NCBI GenBank assembly: GCA_963805625.1 | Contig: CAWDVE010000011.1 | Span: forward strand, 96,001-160,000 | Source: an uncultured Candidatus Rokubacteria bacterium | GTDB taxonomy: Bacteria > Methylomirabilota > Methylomirabilia > Rokubacteriales > DASRDR01 | Direction: 5' to 3' | Length of the DNA stretch: 64,000 bases | Shown here: in pieces, positions 1 through 9,958 of the stretch | Numbering within the stretch: position 1 is the stretch's first letter | Layout: each line of letters starts with the position of its first letter | Position numbers and translations under genes: made by a program | Notes under the pieces: generated by a model | Databases searched by the model: none | What the model saw: only the letters and a program-made list of their open reading frames with translations | What the model was told of the DNA's origin: nothing

Positions 1-571
1 CGAGGCTGCACAGGACTCCCGCCGCTCGCGGCACCTGCGTCAGGCCGCCCCCCGTGGCGGCGCGCCCCAGCCCGATCGAGCGAAGATGGCAGGGACGGTC
101 GACGGGCCGGTCGAACGTGAAGGCGTAGCCGATCACGAAAGGCCCGCGCCCGAGCGCCGCCGCGAGCGCCGCGTCCCGGACCGAGAGCGGGGGCGACTCG
201 CCCGGCGCCTGCCCAACCCCGCGGGGCGCGTCGCCGCCCGAATCGGGCTCCGCGAAGAGGATGTCCAGCCCGACGGCCGCCGCCCCGAGAATGCGAACCC
301 GTTCCACGAGACCGGCGACCCGGTCGCGAGACCACGGCCAGCGCCCGGCCTCGGCCAGGCTCCGCTCGTCCACCTCGACGAGGGCCACGCGGCCCGAGGG
401 GGCGCGGAGCGCGGACGCGGTGAGGAGGCGGTCATACACTGCCAGGTCGGCGCGGGCGAGGAGCGCCGGACGCAGGAGGTGGAGTCCGGCGACCACGCAG
501 CCGAGCGCCAGACATGCGGCGATGAGCGGGAGGGGCGACGGCCCGCGGCCCGCCGCAGCGCCGAGGATCAT
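1..571 (-). CDS. CHASE2 domain-containing signalling protein, N-terminal part (runs off the window)
   Basis: Not in the ORF track. ATG at 571 after GGAGAACC; manual translation MILGAAAG...DLAVYDRLL...VALVEVDERSLAEAGRWPWSRDRVAGLV...VGLDILFAEPD matches the CHASE2 pattern. Confidence 0.85.
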   Translation of the reverse strand, partial: MILGAAAGRGPSPLPLIAACLALGCVVAGLHLLRPALLARADLAVYDRLLTASALRAPSGRVALVEVDERSLAEAGRWPWSRDRVAGLVERVRILGAAAVGLDILFAEPDSGGDAPRGVGQAPGESPPLSVRDAALAAALGRGPFVIGYAFTFDRPVDRPCHLRSIGLGRAATGGGLTQVPRAAGVLCSL

Positions 572-630
572 GGTTCTCCATCGTACCCCAGCCAGGAACG
601 ATTTGACCCAGGGCCCGGCGCCGCGGTACG

Positions 631-2400
631 GTGATCACACTCACCATGGGCGGGAACGAAACCGTCCGGCGCTGGGTGGACGACGCCGCTCGGCTGTGTC
701 GCCCCGACGACGTCGTCTGGTGCGATGGCTCCGACGACGAGCGCGAGCGTCTCACCCAGGCGGCGGTGCGGGGCGGCGAGCTCGTGCCCCTCGACCAGCA
801 GAAGCTGCCGGGTTGCTACCTCCACCGGAGCGCCCCGAACGACGTCGCCCGCACCGAGCACCTCACCTTCATTTGTTCCCGCGACCGGGACGACGCCGGC
901 CCTACCAACAACTGGATGACGCCCGCGGAAGGTTACGACCGGCTGGGGAAGGTCCTCAACGGCTCCATGGCGGGGCGGACAATGTACGTCATTCCCTTCC
1001 TCATGGGCCCGCCGGGCTCGCCGTTCAGCCGGGTCGGCGTCCAGGTGACGGACAGCCGCTACGTCGTCCTCAACATGCGGATCATGACACGCATGGGACA
1101 GGTCGCCCTCGATCACCTGGGCGGCTCCGACGACTTCACGCGCGGCCTGCACTCGACGGCGGACCTGGACGTCGAGCGGCGCTTCATCTGCCACTTTCCC
1201 GACGACCGCACGATCTGGAGCGTGGGCTCCGGCTACGGCGGCAACGCCCTCCTCTCCAAGAAGTGCATGGCGCTCCGGATCGCGAGCGACGTCGGGCGGC
1301 GCGAGGGCTGGCTCGCCGAGCACATGCTGATCGTCGGGATCGAGAGCCCGGACGGCGAGATCACCTACGTCTGCGGCGCCTTCCCGAGCGCCTGCGGCAA
1401 GACGAACCTGGCGATGCTCACGCCGCCGCCGTCGATGAAGGGCTGGCGCATCCACACGATCGGCGAGGACATCGCGTGGCTCCGGCCGGGCCCGGACGGC
1501 CGGCTGTGGGCGGTCAATCCCGAGAACGGGCTCTTCGGGGTGGTGCCCGGCACCAACTCTCACACCAACGGCAACGCCACCGCGATGATCGAGCGCGACA
1601 CCATCTACACGAACGTCGCGCTCCGCCCCGACAACACGGTGTGGTGGGAGGGGCACGACGACCCGGCGCCCGCGTCGGCGATCGACTGGCGCGGCCGCCC
1701 CTGGACGCCCCGGAGCGGCGAGCCCGCGGCCCACCCGAACAGCCGCTTCACGGTGCCGGCCACGCGCTGCCCGACGATCTCGCCGGCGTGGCAGGCGCCG
1801 GGAGGCGTGCCAATCAGCGCCATCCTCTTCGGCGCACGCCGGCGGGCTCTCATCCCGCTCGTGTTCCAGGCCTTCAACTGGCAGCACGGCACGTTCCTCG
1901 GAGCGACGCTGGCCTCCGAGACCACGGCGGCGGCCACCGGCGCGGTCGGCGTCGTGCGCCGCGACCCAATGGCGATGCTCCCCTTCTGCGGCTACAACAT
2001 GGCCGACTACTGGGGGCACTGGCTCGAAATGGGCAAGCGCCTGCCTCACCCGCCGAAGGTGTTCCGCATCAACTGGTTCCGGCGGGACGCCGAGGGGCGG
2101 TTCCTCTGGCCGGGCTACGGCGAGAACCTGCGCGTCCTCGAGTGGATCATCGAGCGCTGCCGGGACCACGGCAAGGCGGAGGAGACGCCGATCGGCTACC
2201 GCCCCCCGTCCGGTGCCATCCCCACGCACGGCCTGAACATGGCGCCCGGCACCATGCAGGAGCTCCTCCACGTCGACCGCGAGGCCTGGCAGACGAACCA
2301 CCGGAGCCAGGCGGAGTTCTTCCAGAAGTTCGGCGACCGGCTCCCGGGCGGAATCCGCGCGGAGTGGGAAGCGCTCGGCAGCCGCCTCCGGGTCCGCTGA
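631..2400 (+). CDS. pckG: phosphoenolpyruvate carboxykinase (GTP)
   Basis: GSGYGGNALL, WLAEHM, AFPSACGKTNLAM, HPNSRF, RRDPMAMLPFCGYNM, WPGYGEN motifs. Confidence 0.97.
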   Translation: MITLTMGGNETVRRWVDDAARLCRPDDVVWCDGSDDERERLTQAAVRGGELVPLDQQKLPGCYLHRSAPNDVARTEHLTFICSRDRDDAGPTNNWMTPAEGYDRLGKVLNGSMAGRTMYVIPFLMGPPGSPFSRVGVQVTDSRYVVLNMRIMTRMGQVALDHLGGSDDFTRGLHSTADLDVERRFICHFPDDRTIWSVGSGYGGNALLSKKCMALRIASDVGRREGWLAEHMLIVGIESPDGEITYVCGAFPSACGKTNLAMLTPPPSMKGWRIHTIGEDIAWLRPGPDGRLWAVNPENGLFGVVPGTNSHTNGNATAMIERDTIYTNVALRPDNTVWWEGHDDPAPASAIDWRGRPWTPRSGEPAAHPNSRFTVPATRCPTISPAWQAPGGVPISAILFGARRRALIPLVFQAFNWQHGTFLGATLASETTAAATGAVGVVRRDPMAMLPFCGYNMADYWGHWLEMGKRLPHPPKVFRINWFRRDAEGRFLWPGYGENLRVLEWIIERCRDHGKAEETPIGYRPPSGAIPTHGLNMAPGTMQELLHVDREAWQTNHRSQAEFFQKFGDRLPGGIRAEWEALGSRLRVR

Positions 2401-2474
2401 GTCCCCCCGACCCCGAACGCCCCGGGTCTACCGTCGCGTGCGCTGGCTGACCGGCCCTCGCGCCAACTCGCCGA

Positions 2475-3317
2475 TCACTCCAGCCGATAGCGTTTGCTGC
2501 GGACGAAGGCCCCGAAATCCGCGCGCTGCGGCTCGCTGTACTGCCGCGCCTTGTCCTCGGTCCAGCCGTAGCGCGCGGCGGTGCCGAAACGCTCGACCAG
2601 GCGTTGCCGCCGGTACGGGCGCTCGCGGATCCGCCGCTCGTCGTATCTATCCAGCTCCCGGTCGACCCGGGCCGTGTCGTAGCGGCCGTGGTGCACGGTC
2701 GCGCTCAGCGCAAGCCGAGGGCTGAACGGCTCGCTCGTCTCGGGCCACCCCAGGGTCAGGCCGGCGATCGGGAAAACCCAGTCCGGCAGCCCGAATCGCT
2801 CGGCAATCGCCGCCGCGTGATTGCGGATCTCGCTGATGGGACAGCTCCCGAGGCCCGCGAGCCCTGCCGCCTGGACAAACGTCGAGAGCACGATCGCGCC
2901 GTCGACCGCAGCGTTGAAGAAGGCATCGAGGTGCTCGTTCGGGAACACGCGGCCGCGTCGCTCGAACACGCGCCGGAGACGGAAGCCGTCCCCGCAGAAG
3001 ACCAGGAACTCGGGCGCGCCGGCGATCCACGGCGAGTCTGGCAAGAGTGCGTGGATCGCCGCCCGGTCCTCGCCCGACTCGACCCGGACGATGCTCGCCT
3101 GCTGCAGGTCGCTCTTGGTCGGCGACGCGAGCGCCGTCGCGCACAGGAGGCGTAGCAGCGCTGCCGGGATCGGGTCGGCACGATAGCTCCGGCAGACCGA
3201 GCGCTCGTTCATGGCGGCCAAGGCGTCGCGTCCGGGTAGGTCCTCGGCGACGTCCACCGTCTCGCCGTAACGGCGGTGGATGGCAGCGGCAATACGGGTG
3301 GAGGCCGTGGTCTTCAT
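2475..3317 (-). CDS. nitroreductase family protein (NfsA/Frp-like)
   Basis: RSVCRSY, ASPTKSDLQQASIV, GLGSCPISEIRN, LTLGWP, PRL motifs; start at MKTTAS. Confidence 0.9.
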   Translation of the reverse strand: MKTTASTRIAAAIHRRYGETVDVAEDLPGRDALAAMNERSVCRSYRADPIPAALLRLLCATALASPTKSDLQQASIVRVESGEDRAAIHALLPDSPWIAGAPEFLVFCGDGFRLRRVFERRGRVFPNEHLDAFFNAAVDGAIVLSTFVQAAGLAGLGSCPISEIRNHAAAIAERFGLPDWVFPIAGLTLGWPETSEPFSPRLALSATVHHGRYDTARVDRELDRYDERRIRERPYRRQRLVERFGTAARYGWTEDKARQYSEPQRADFGAFVRSKRYRLE

Positions 3318-3422
3318 TGCGGGACTATAGCCGGCGCCCCGCAGGGCTGACAACGGCCCGAGCGAAGGAGCGGGACCTCCGAGATTACTCCCGCGAGGGC
3401 AGGCCCGTGCGGGGGACTCCTG

Positions 3423-3605
3423 CTAGCGCCGCGAGGCGGAATCAGTCTCGCGGGCCTGCGAATCGCCCGACGACTCCCGTCCGCCGCAGGTCTTGGGCTC
3501 CGTCCCGGAGCCCGGCGCCGGGGGGCGTCAGCCGAGTCCCCGGCGCGTCAGGAGCACGAAGACGACGGTCAGCCCCACGACCGCGAGGATCTGCTCCCAG
3601 CTCAT
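3423..3605 (-). CDS. small single-TM protein, candidate selenoprotein (UGA at 3528-3530); 25 aa if UGA is a stop, 60 aa on readthrough
   Basis: ATG overlaps the upstream TGA (ATGA) after GGAGG. MSWEQILAVVGLTVVFVLLTRRGLG-UGA-RPPAPGSGTEPKTCGG...SRR-TAG; 8-bp hairpin starts 15 nt after the UGA. Confidence 0.6.
3495..3513 (-). promoter_or_regulatory. candidate bacterial SECIS hairpin of the small membrane protein
   Basis: GGGCUCCG-GGA-CGGAGCCC, perfect stem with a G-rich loop 22-25 nt after the UGA and no U-tract following. Confidence 0.45.
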
Positions 3606-4297
3606 CGGGCTACCTCCGGCTCCGCGCCGGGATCGATCGGGGCGTCTCCCGCCGCGTTGACCGCCCGCAGCACCGCGTCGACGAACTCGGCTTCGGGCAG
3701 GGCCCCCTCGAACGAGACGCGATCGTTGACGACGGTCTTCGGCACGGCCATGACCATGTAACGCTGCGCGAGATCGGGGAACTCGGTCGCCTCCACGCAG
3801 TCGCCGCGGATCCACTCCGAGGCGACCGCGAGGTGATGCGCCAGGCGCACGGCCCGGGGGCAGTGGGGTCAGGTGGGCGTCGAGAAGACCTGAATGTGGA
3901 CGCGCTCCTTGAGGCCGGCCAGGCGCTCGAGCGTCTCGGCCCCGAGGGACGGCGTGCCCGACGAGGCGACGATCATCGAGTCGATCAGGTTCGTGAACTC
4001 ATAGCCCATCGGGATCCCGAAGAACCGGATGCCGTAGTCGCGGGCGCCCTCCACGACGATCGCGGGCACGCGGTCGATCCCGTAGGCCTCCGCCCGTTCA
4101 CGGTCGATGTGGAGGTTGAGGATCTCCACGGTGATCTGGTCCGAGCACTCCGCGACCTCGCGGACCAGCCGCTCGGTCTCGATGCAGTACTCCGACGCCC
4201 CGAGTTGAGTGGAGAACACGATCAGCTTGACCGGACCCGCAAGCTTCGCGAGCTCGGTCTGGACCGCCGCCCGGTCCGGATCCGTCAGGATCGCCAT
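3602..4297 (-). CDS. selenocysteine-containing protein disulfide oxidoreductase (PDO / AhpF N-terminal-like, two thioredoxin folds), UxxC motif
   Basis: ORFs 3869..4393 and 3602..3850 are in the same frame, joined by TGA 3869-3871: VFSTPT-U-PHC-PRAVRLAH; also GIPMGYEF, VMAVPKTVVN, FEGALPE. Confidence 0.9.
3837..3862 (-). promoter_or_regulatory. candidate bacterial SECIS hairpin of the PDO gene
   Basis: UGCCCCCGGGC-CGUGC-GCCUGGCGCA can pair; loop begins 18 nt after the UGA with G at its second position. Confidence 0.5.
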
Positions 4298-4364
4298 CTT
4301 CCCTCCAGGGGGCCGTGCGTCGGCACCGCCCGCCTTGATTGTACAGGCCGGAGCCGGCCGCGCC

Positions 4365-5540
4365 TCAGGCGAGCTGCGTGAGCCCCGCGGCAATCCGTCG
4401 AAGGGCCTCGCGGATCGTGTCCCGCGACGCCGCGTAGGAGAGGCGCAGGTACCCCTCGCCGTACTCGCCGAACGCCGTCCCGCCGAGGACCGCCACGCCC
4501 GCCTGCTCGAGGAGGTGGGTGGCGATCTCCTTCGATGGACGCCCGAACGACTTCACGTTCGGGAAGACGTAGAAGGCGCCGCGGGGCCGCGCGCAGGAAA
4601 CCCCGGGGATCTGGTTCAGCCCGTCGACGACGAGGTCGCGCCGCTGCCGGAACTCCTCCACCATCGCCTGCACTGGGGTGTCGTCGCCCCGGATCGCGGC
4701 CAGGCCCGCGTGCTGGATGAAGGTCGCCGTGCAGGACACGGAGTTCGTCATGAGACGGGTGAGATGCTCGGCCAGCAGCTTCGGCATCACGCCGAACCCG
4801 AGGCGCCAGCCCGTCATCGCATAGGACTTCGAGAAGCCGTCCAGGATCACGGTCTGGGGCTTCATGCCCGGCAAGCTCGCGATCGAGGCGAACTCCCCGT
4901 CGTAGAGGAAGCGCCGGTAGATCTCGTCCGACAGCACGGGCACGCGGAAATGGCGCGCCAGCTCCGCGATGCGGCCGACGTCCTCGGGCGACAGGACGCC
5001 GCCCGTCGGGTTCTCCGGGGAGTTGATGATGATGAGCTTGGTCTTACGCGAGACGCGCCGCTCGAGCTCCCCGAGGTCGAAGCCGAAGCCGGTCTCCTCG
5101 CGGAGTGGGATCGGCACGGGCACCCCGCCCACGAAGTTGATGACCGACTCGTAGATGGGAAACCCGGGGTTCGGGTACACCACCTCGTCCCCGCGGTTCG
5201 TGAGCGCCATGATCACGAAGAACATGATCGGCTTGGCCCCCGGCGTGACGACGACCTCGTCGGGCACTACCGGCACGCCGCGCGTCTTCTCGATGTCCTC
5301 GGCGATCGCCTCGCGTAGCTCGGGCAGGCCGGCCGACGGGCCGTAGTGCGTCGCCCCCGCGTCGAGCGCCCGCTTGGCCGCCTCGCGGATGTGGGCGGGG
5401 GTGTCGAAGTCCGGCTCGCCGATCTCGAGGTGGACCACGGACTTCCCTTGGCGCTCCAGCGCGCGCGCCCGCGCTAGCACCTCGAAGGCAGTCTCCGTGC
5501 CCAGCCGTCCCATCCGCTCCGCGATCATGGATTCGATCAT
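4365..5540 (-). CDS. PLP-dependent aminotransferase class I/II (aspartate aminotransferase-like)
   Basis: LEIGEPDFDTP, INSPENPTG, SDEIY, GFSKSYAMTGWRLG, GAFYVFP. Confidence 0.95.
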   Translation of the reverse strand: MIESMIAERMGRLGTETAFEVLARARALERQGKSVVHLEIGEPDFDTPAHIREAAKRALDAGATHYGPSAGLPELREAIAEDIEKTRGVPVVPDEVVVTPGAKPIMFFVIMALTNRGDEVVYPNPGFPIYESVINFVGGVPVPIPLREETGFGFDLGELERRVSRKTKLIIINSPENPTGGVLSPEDVGRIAELARHFRVPVLSDEIYRRFLYDGEFASIASLPGMKPQTVILDGFSKSYAMTGWRLGFGVMPKLLAEHLTRLMTNSVSCTATFIQHAGLAAIRGDDTPVQAMVEEFRQRRDLVVDGLNQIPGVSCARPRGAFYVFPNVKSFGRPSKEIATHLLEQAGVAVLGGTAFGEYGEGYLRLSYAASRDTIREALRRIAAGLTQLA

Positions 5541-5557
5541 GGCCGTCGTCCCTCCTG

Positions 5558-6250
5558 CTAGAAGACGCCGAACTTCTCGTACGCTGCGAGCGGCGCCATC
5601 CCCTTGCGGACGGCGTCGCGGACCCGATTCTCGGTGTGGAGGAGCCGCTCGCACTCGAGGAGCACCGGCACCGCCAGCGCCTGCGGCACCACGGCGACCC
5701 CGTCGAGGTCGCCCACCACAACATCGCCCGGTGCGATCCGGACACCGCCGATCGTGACCGGCCGGCCCCACTCGACGACGCGCCAGCGCGGCAACGAGTC
5801 GAGCGGCGTCCGGTAGCGGCAGAAGACCGGAAACCGCTCGCGCAGGATGTAGGCCGCGTCGCGCGTGGCCCCGTCGATCACCACGCCCCGGACCCCGCGT
5901 GCCCTCATGGCCACCGCCGACAGCTCCCCGAAGTGGGCCGACACGTCGTCGTTCGACTTGACGACCAGGACGGCATCCCGCCGCACCGCGCCGAGCAGCG
6001 TCAGGAACGCCCGGATGGCGCGCTCCGGATCCGGCTTTCGGGTTGGCCGGCCGGCGGCCGGGAAGGCCAGCCCGGCGACGCGCGTGCCGGGGGTGAGCCC
6101 GACGATGTCGTGGGGCAGCGTCTGCGCGTAGCGGCCGAGGTGGTCCAGGACGTCGGTGATCGCGGCCGTGTAGAGGCGCCCGTAGCGGTTGCAGAGCTCG
6201 GACGTCGAGATCGGCCGGGTCGGGGCCCGACGGGCGCGAGGCTTGGTCAT
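5558..6250 (-). CDS. RraA / HMG-aldolase family protein
   Basis: AHFGEL, GVVIDGATRD, PGDVVVGDLDGVAVVP. Confidence 0.9.
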   Translation of the reverse strand: MTKPRARRAPTRPISTSELCNRYGRLYTAAITDVLDHLGRYAQTLPHDIVGLTPGTRVAGLAFPAAGRPTRKPDPERAIRAFLTLLGAVRRDAVLVVKSNDDVSAHFGELSAVAMRARGVRGVVIDGATRDAAYILRERFPVFCRYRTPLDSLPRWRVVEWGRPVTIGGVRIAPGDVVVGDLDGVAVVPQALAVPVLLECERLLHTENRVRDAVRKGMAPLAAYEKFGVF

Positions 6251-6357
6251 GGCGTGAGCGTCTCCTGTGCGCGGGTGCGCGCCGCCGCTCGACGGCGACA
6301 CGAGCGTCATCTTACCCCGCGCCCGGGGGGGCCTCAAGGGAGACCCGGCCGCGGGCA

Positions 6358-6770
6358 TGCGGCTGCCCGCTCGAGGAACTCGGCTGGGCCACGCATCTGC
6401 ACGGCGTGCTGAGCCGGGAGAAGCTCACCGCGGGCGGGATGACCTTCTATGACATCGACGTCGTGCGGGTCATGAAAAGGTGCTTCGGGGCCGCTTCGGC
6501 GGTGGTCCGACGGACTACCAGCTCGTCGAGGACGAGACTGCGTCCGGAGAGCCCCTCGTGCGCCTCTTGGTCCACCCGGCGGTCGGGCCCCTCGAGCCTG
6601 CCCACGTGGCGTAGACGTTCCTCACCGCGATCGGCACGGGCTCAGGAGTCAGGGCATCATGGGCTCCGAGTGGCGCGACGCCAAGCTCCTCCAGGTGGAG
6701 CGCCGCGCGCCGCTGGCAGGCCCTTCCGGGAAGGTCCTCCACCTCTACATCGCCATCGTCCCCGGCCGAG
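6358..6770 (+). pseudogene. decayed C-terminal fragment paralogous to the 16663..18285 PaaK-like protein
   Basis: Across frames reads CGCPLEELGW...EKLTAGGMTFYDIDVVRV / GRFGGGPTDYQLVED...LLVHPAVGP...stop / WRDAKLLQVERRAPLAGPSGKVLHL. Confidence 0.85.
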
Positions 6771-6804
6771 CGGCTAGCCGCCCGCGCAGCCCGGGGGCGT
6801 CAGG

Positions 6805-8239
6805 TCAGAAGCGGAGGGTGGCGAGGACGATCGCTGTCGCCTGGATGTTGCTCGCGGCGTGGGCCAGCATCCCGGGCAGGAGGCTCCGCGTCCGCTCGTA
6901 GGCGACCGCCCACAGCACCCCGCTCACGAAGACCGAGGCGAAGCCGAGCGCTCCGTAGCCGTGCGCCAGGGCGAAGAGCGCGGCGCTGGCGAGGGTCGCC
7001 GGCGCGGGCCCGAGGCCGAGCCTGAGCGTCCCGTAGAGCACCCCGCGGAAAAGCGGCTCCTCCAGGAGCGGCGCGAAGACGCAGCTGTCGAGGACGTCCG
7101 CCGCCACCTCGCCCGGCGTGCCCCACACGAGCCGCTCCTGGAAGCCGTCGGTCCAGTGCGTCTCGACGCCAATGCGCGCGCCCCCGAGCTCGATCAACAC
7201 GTCGGCGAGCGTCGACACGCCCACGAGCCCGAGGGTGGCCCGCACGAGGGTCGGCCAGGACGCCCGCGAGACCTTGAGCCCGAAGGTCTTGGCGAGGGTC
7301 GCCCACGAGCGGTGGCAGTACCAGAGAAGGTATCCCCCGAGCGGGATCGTCTGGAGCACCGACACGAGCAGGGTGGACCACGCCGTCGTCGGGCAGGAAT
7401 GGCCACACCACCGCCACCCCCACCAGACCGACGGCGCCGCGCGTGAACAGGCCGACGCCCGCCGCGACGGTCCAGCGGGGCGGGATGGGCGCCGTGGCGA
7501 CCCGGGCCGCACGCTCTCCCGGGCTGGCGAGCCAGGCGGCGAGCGCCACCAGTCCCAGCGCGACGAGCAGCGTCTCGCCGGCGAGGATGGCGCGAAGACG
7601 CCAGAGCAGCCGGGTGCCCCGCGCCTCGGTGGCGCGCTCCGCCTCCGCGGCCGCCGCCGCATCGCCGAGACGCGACGCCAGCCGGGCCACGAGACGGTCG
7701 GCGAACCAGCCGGCGGGCAGCTCCCGGCGGACCGCGTCGAGTGTCGCCCGGAGCTCCTCCGGCGGCGGAAGCTCGGTCTCGTATGCCGCCCGGCCCCACG
7801 TCGCGAGCCGGCGGGCCCAGTCGTCTCCCGGCGCCCAGGCCGTCACGGCCGCCTCGAGGGCCTCCGCCTGGCCGTCCTCGGCGAGCAGGATGACCCGGTA
7901 GAGCTCGGCCAGCGGCGAGCCCTCGACCCGGACCAGCTCGTCGTACCAAGCGAGCGCGTCGGCCCGCGCCGAAGCGTCGGAGGAGAACGCGAGCGCGTGG
8001 AGCCGGCGCTCCCAGACGGGCGCGGCCCGGGCCGCGGCGCGGAAGTCCATGTCGCTCGCGACCACGCGCTCGAGCGATTGCTCCGGCCGGTCGAGCGTGT
8101 CGAGCCCGTGCGACGGCCAGAAGATGAGGGCGGCCAGGACACCCAGGACCCCGAGGGCGACGCCGGTGACCCAGCGGTTCAAGCGGGGCGGCCCGTCGCT
8201 CGGCTCGACCGGCGCTTCCCCCGCGAGCTCGGCGGACAT
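6805..8239 (-). CDS. CPBP (CAAX/Abi) intramembrane metalloprotease with large N-terminal domain; frameshift near 7380
   Basis: N-terminal part lies in the 6800..9049 frame (MSAELAG...); C-terminal part in the 6805..7662 frame has EEPLFRG, FALAH, LAHAASN. Confidence 0.85.
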
Positions 8240-8247
8240 GGGGCGGC

Positions 8248-8275
8248 AGTATACCGCGGAGGGGTGAGGTATAAT
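8248..8275. promoter_or_regulatory. back-to-back -10 boxes of divergent promoters
   Basis: TATACT on the minus strand (8248-8253) 8 nt before ATG 8239; TATAAT on the plus strand (8270-8275) before the ABC operon. Confidence 0.6.
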
Positions 8276-8320
8276 CCCGGCACTCCTCAGCCACCTCGAG
8301 CCGGCGGAGGCGAGCGGACC

Positions 8321-9100
8321 ATCCCGCACGCGGACGCGATCGCCGTCAGAGACGTCTCGAAGCGCTACGCGACCCGCGACGGCAGCGTCGCGGCGCTCGA
8401 GGGCATCAGCTTCGGCATCGGCGAGGGCGACTTCGTGGCCGTCGTCGGGCCCTCGGGCTGCGGGAAGACCACGCTGCTCAAGATCCTCGCCGGGCTCATG
8501 CCGCCCTCGGGCGGCGACGCGCGCCTGCGCGGCACCCCGATCACCGGGCCGCGCCAGGACATCGGCGTGGTCTTCCAGGCGCCGGTGCTCTTCCCCTGGC
8601 GGACCGTCCTCGATAACGTGCTCCTGCCCATCGACGTCCAGGGTCTCTCCCGCGAGCGTCACCGCGCGGCCGCGCTCGACCTCCTCGCCCTCGTCGGCCT
8701 CGAAGGCTTCGAGCGGCGGTACCCGTGGGAGCTGTCGGGCGGCATGCAGCAGCGCGTCGCGCTCACACGGGCCCTCGTCCACGACCCCGCCATGCTCCTC
8801 ATGGACGAGCCCTTCGGGGCGCTCGACGCGATGACCCGGGAGCAGATGAACGTCGAGCTCCAGCGGATCTGGCTCGAGCGGCGCAAGACGGTCGTGTTCA
8901 TCACGCACTCCATCCCGGAGGCCGTCTTCCTCGGCGACCGCGTCCTCGTCATGAGCCCGCGCCCGGGGCGCATCCTCGAGGACGTCCGCGTCGAACTCCC
9001 GCACCCGCGGTCGCTCGACGTCATGAACACCCCCGCGTTCGGCGAGCACGTGCGGGCGATCCGGCGGCGCTTCGCGGTGGCCGGGCGGCTGGACGGGTAG
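8321..9100 (+). CDS. NitT/TauT-family ABC transporter ATP-binding protein (start uncertain, ATC 8321 or GTG 8263)
   Basis: GPSGCGKTT, LSGGMQQR, LLMDEPFGALD, FITHSI. Confidence 0.93.
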   Translation: MPHADAIAVRDVSKRYATRDGSVAALEGISFGIGEGDFVAVVGPSGCGKTTLLKILAGLMPPSGGDARLRGTPITGPRQDIGVVFQAPVLFPWRTVLDNVLLPIDVQGLSRERHRAAALDLLALVGLEGFERRYPWELSGGMQQRVALTRALVHDPAMLLMDEPFGALDAMTREQMNVELQRIWLERRKTVVFITHSIPEAVFLGDRVLVMSPRPGRILEDVRVELPHPRSLDVMNTPAFGEHVRAIRRRFAVAGRLDG

Positions 9101-9105
9101 GCGGC

Positions 9106-9958
9106 GTGCATCGCGGCCGGAACCTCGCCCTGACGGTGGCCTTCTTCCTCGGGTCCATGGCCCTCTGGGAGGGCGCCGTCCGCGGCCTCGAGGTGCCGCC
9201 CTTCATCCTCCCGGCACCCTCGGCGGTGGCGGTGGCGCTCTGGCGCGGCCTAGCCAGCGGGCTCTACGTGAAACACCTCTGGTACACGCTGATCGAGACG
9301 CTGCTCGGGTTCCTCCTCGGCTCGGCCCTTGGCTTCGGCCTCGGCACGGCGGTGGCCATGAGCCGGTGGGTGGAGTACTTCCTCTACCCCTACATCGTGA
9401 TGTTCCAGTCGCTCCCGAAGATCGCCCTGGCGCCGCTCATCGTCATCTGGTTCGGGCTGGGGCTCGCGTCGAAGGTCGTCAACGCGGGCTTGGTCGCCTT
9501 CTTCCCCCTTCTCGTCAACACCATGGTCGGGCTCAGGTCGGCCGACGAGGACCGCGTGAGCCTGATGCGCTCCCTCGCCGCCACGCGACCGGCAGATCTT
9601 CTGGATGCTCCGGCTCCCCAACGCGCTGCCGTTCGTCATGGCCGGGCTCGACATCGCGATGATCTTCGCGCTGATCGGCGCCATCGTGGGCGAGTTCGTC
9701 GGCGCCACCGCCGGCCTCGGCATGCTGATCCAGAGCATGAACTTCACGATGGACGTCTCCGGCCAGTTCTCGGTGCTGCTGGTGCTCTCGTTCGTGGGCC
9801 TCGGGCTCAGCCGGGCCATCCAGCTGATCCGCCGGCGAGTCCTGTTCTGGGACCCGTCGGAGAAGGCCGCCCTCGAGCATGCCGACGAGGATGCACCCCT
9901 GTCCGCGTCGCTCGCGCGCGACCCGCGCGCGAGGAAAAAGGAGGTTACCGCATGGTGA
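9106..9958 (+). CDS. NitT/TauT-family ABC permease; one-base frameshift near 9590
   Basis: ILPAPSAV, QSLPKIALAPL, then QIFWMLRLPNALPF...GAIVGEF in the shifted frame (9605..9958 ORF). Confidence 0.88.

Noticed and set aside
261-2450. Long alternative-frame and antisense ORFs (e.g. 261..2450, 568..2301, 9250..11070, 39277..41700)
   Set aside because: Arg/Pro/Gly-rich shadows of real genes, expected at this GC content.
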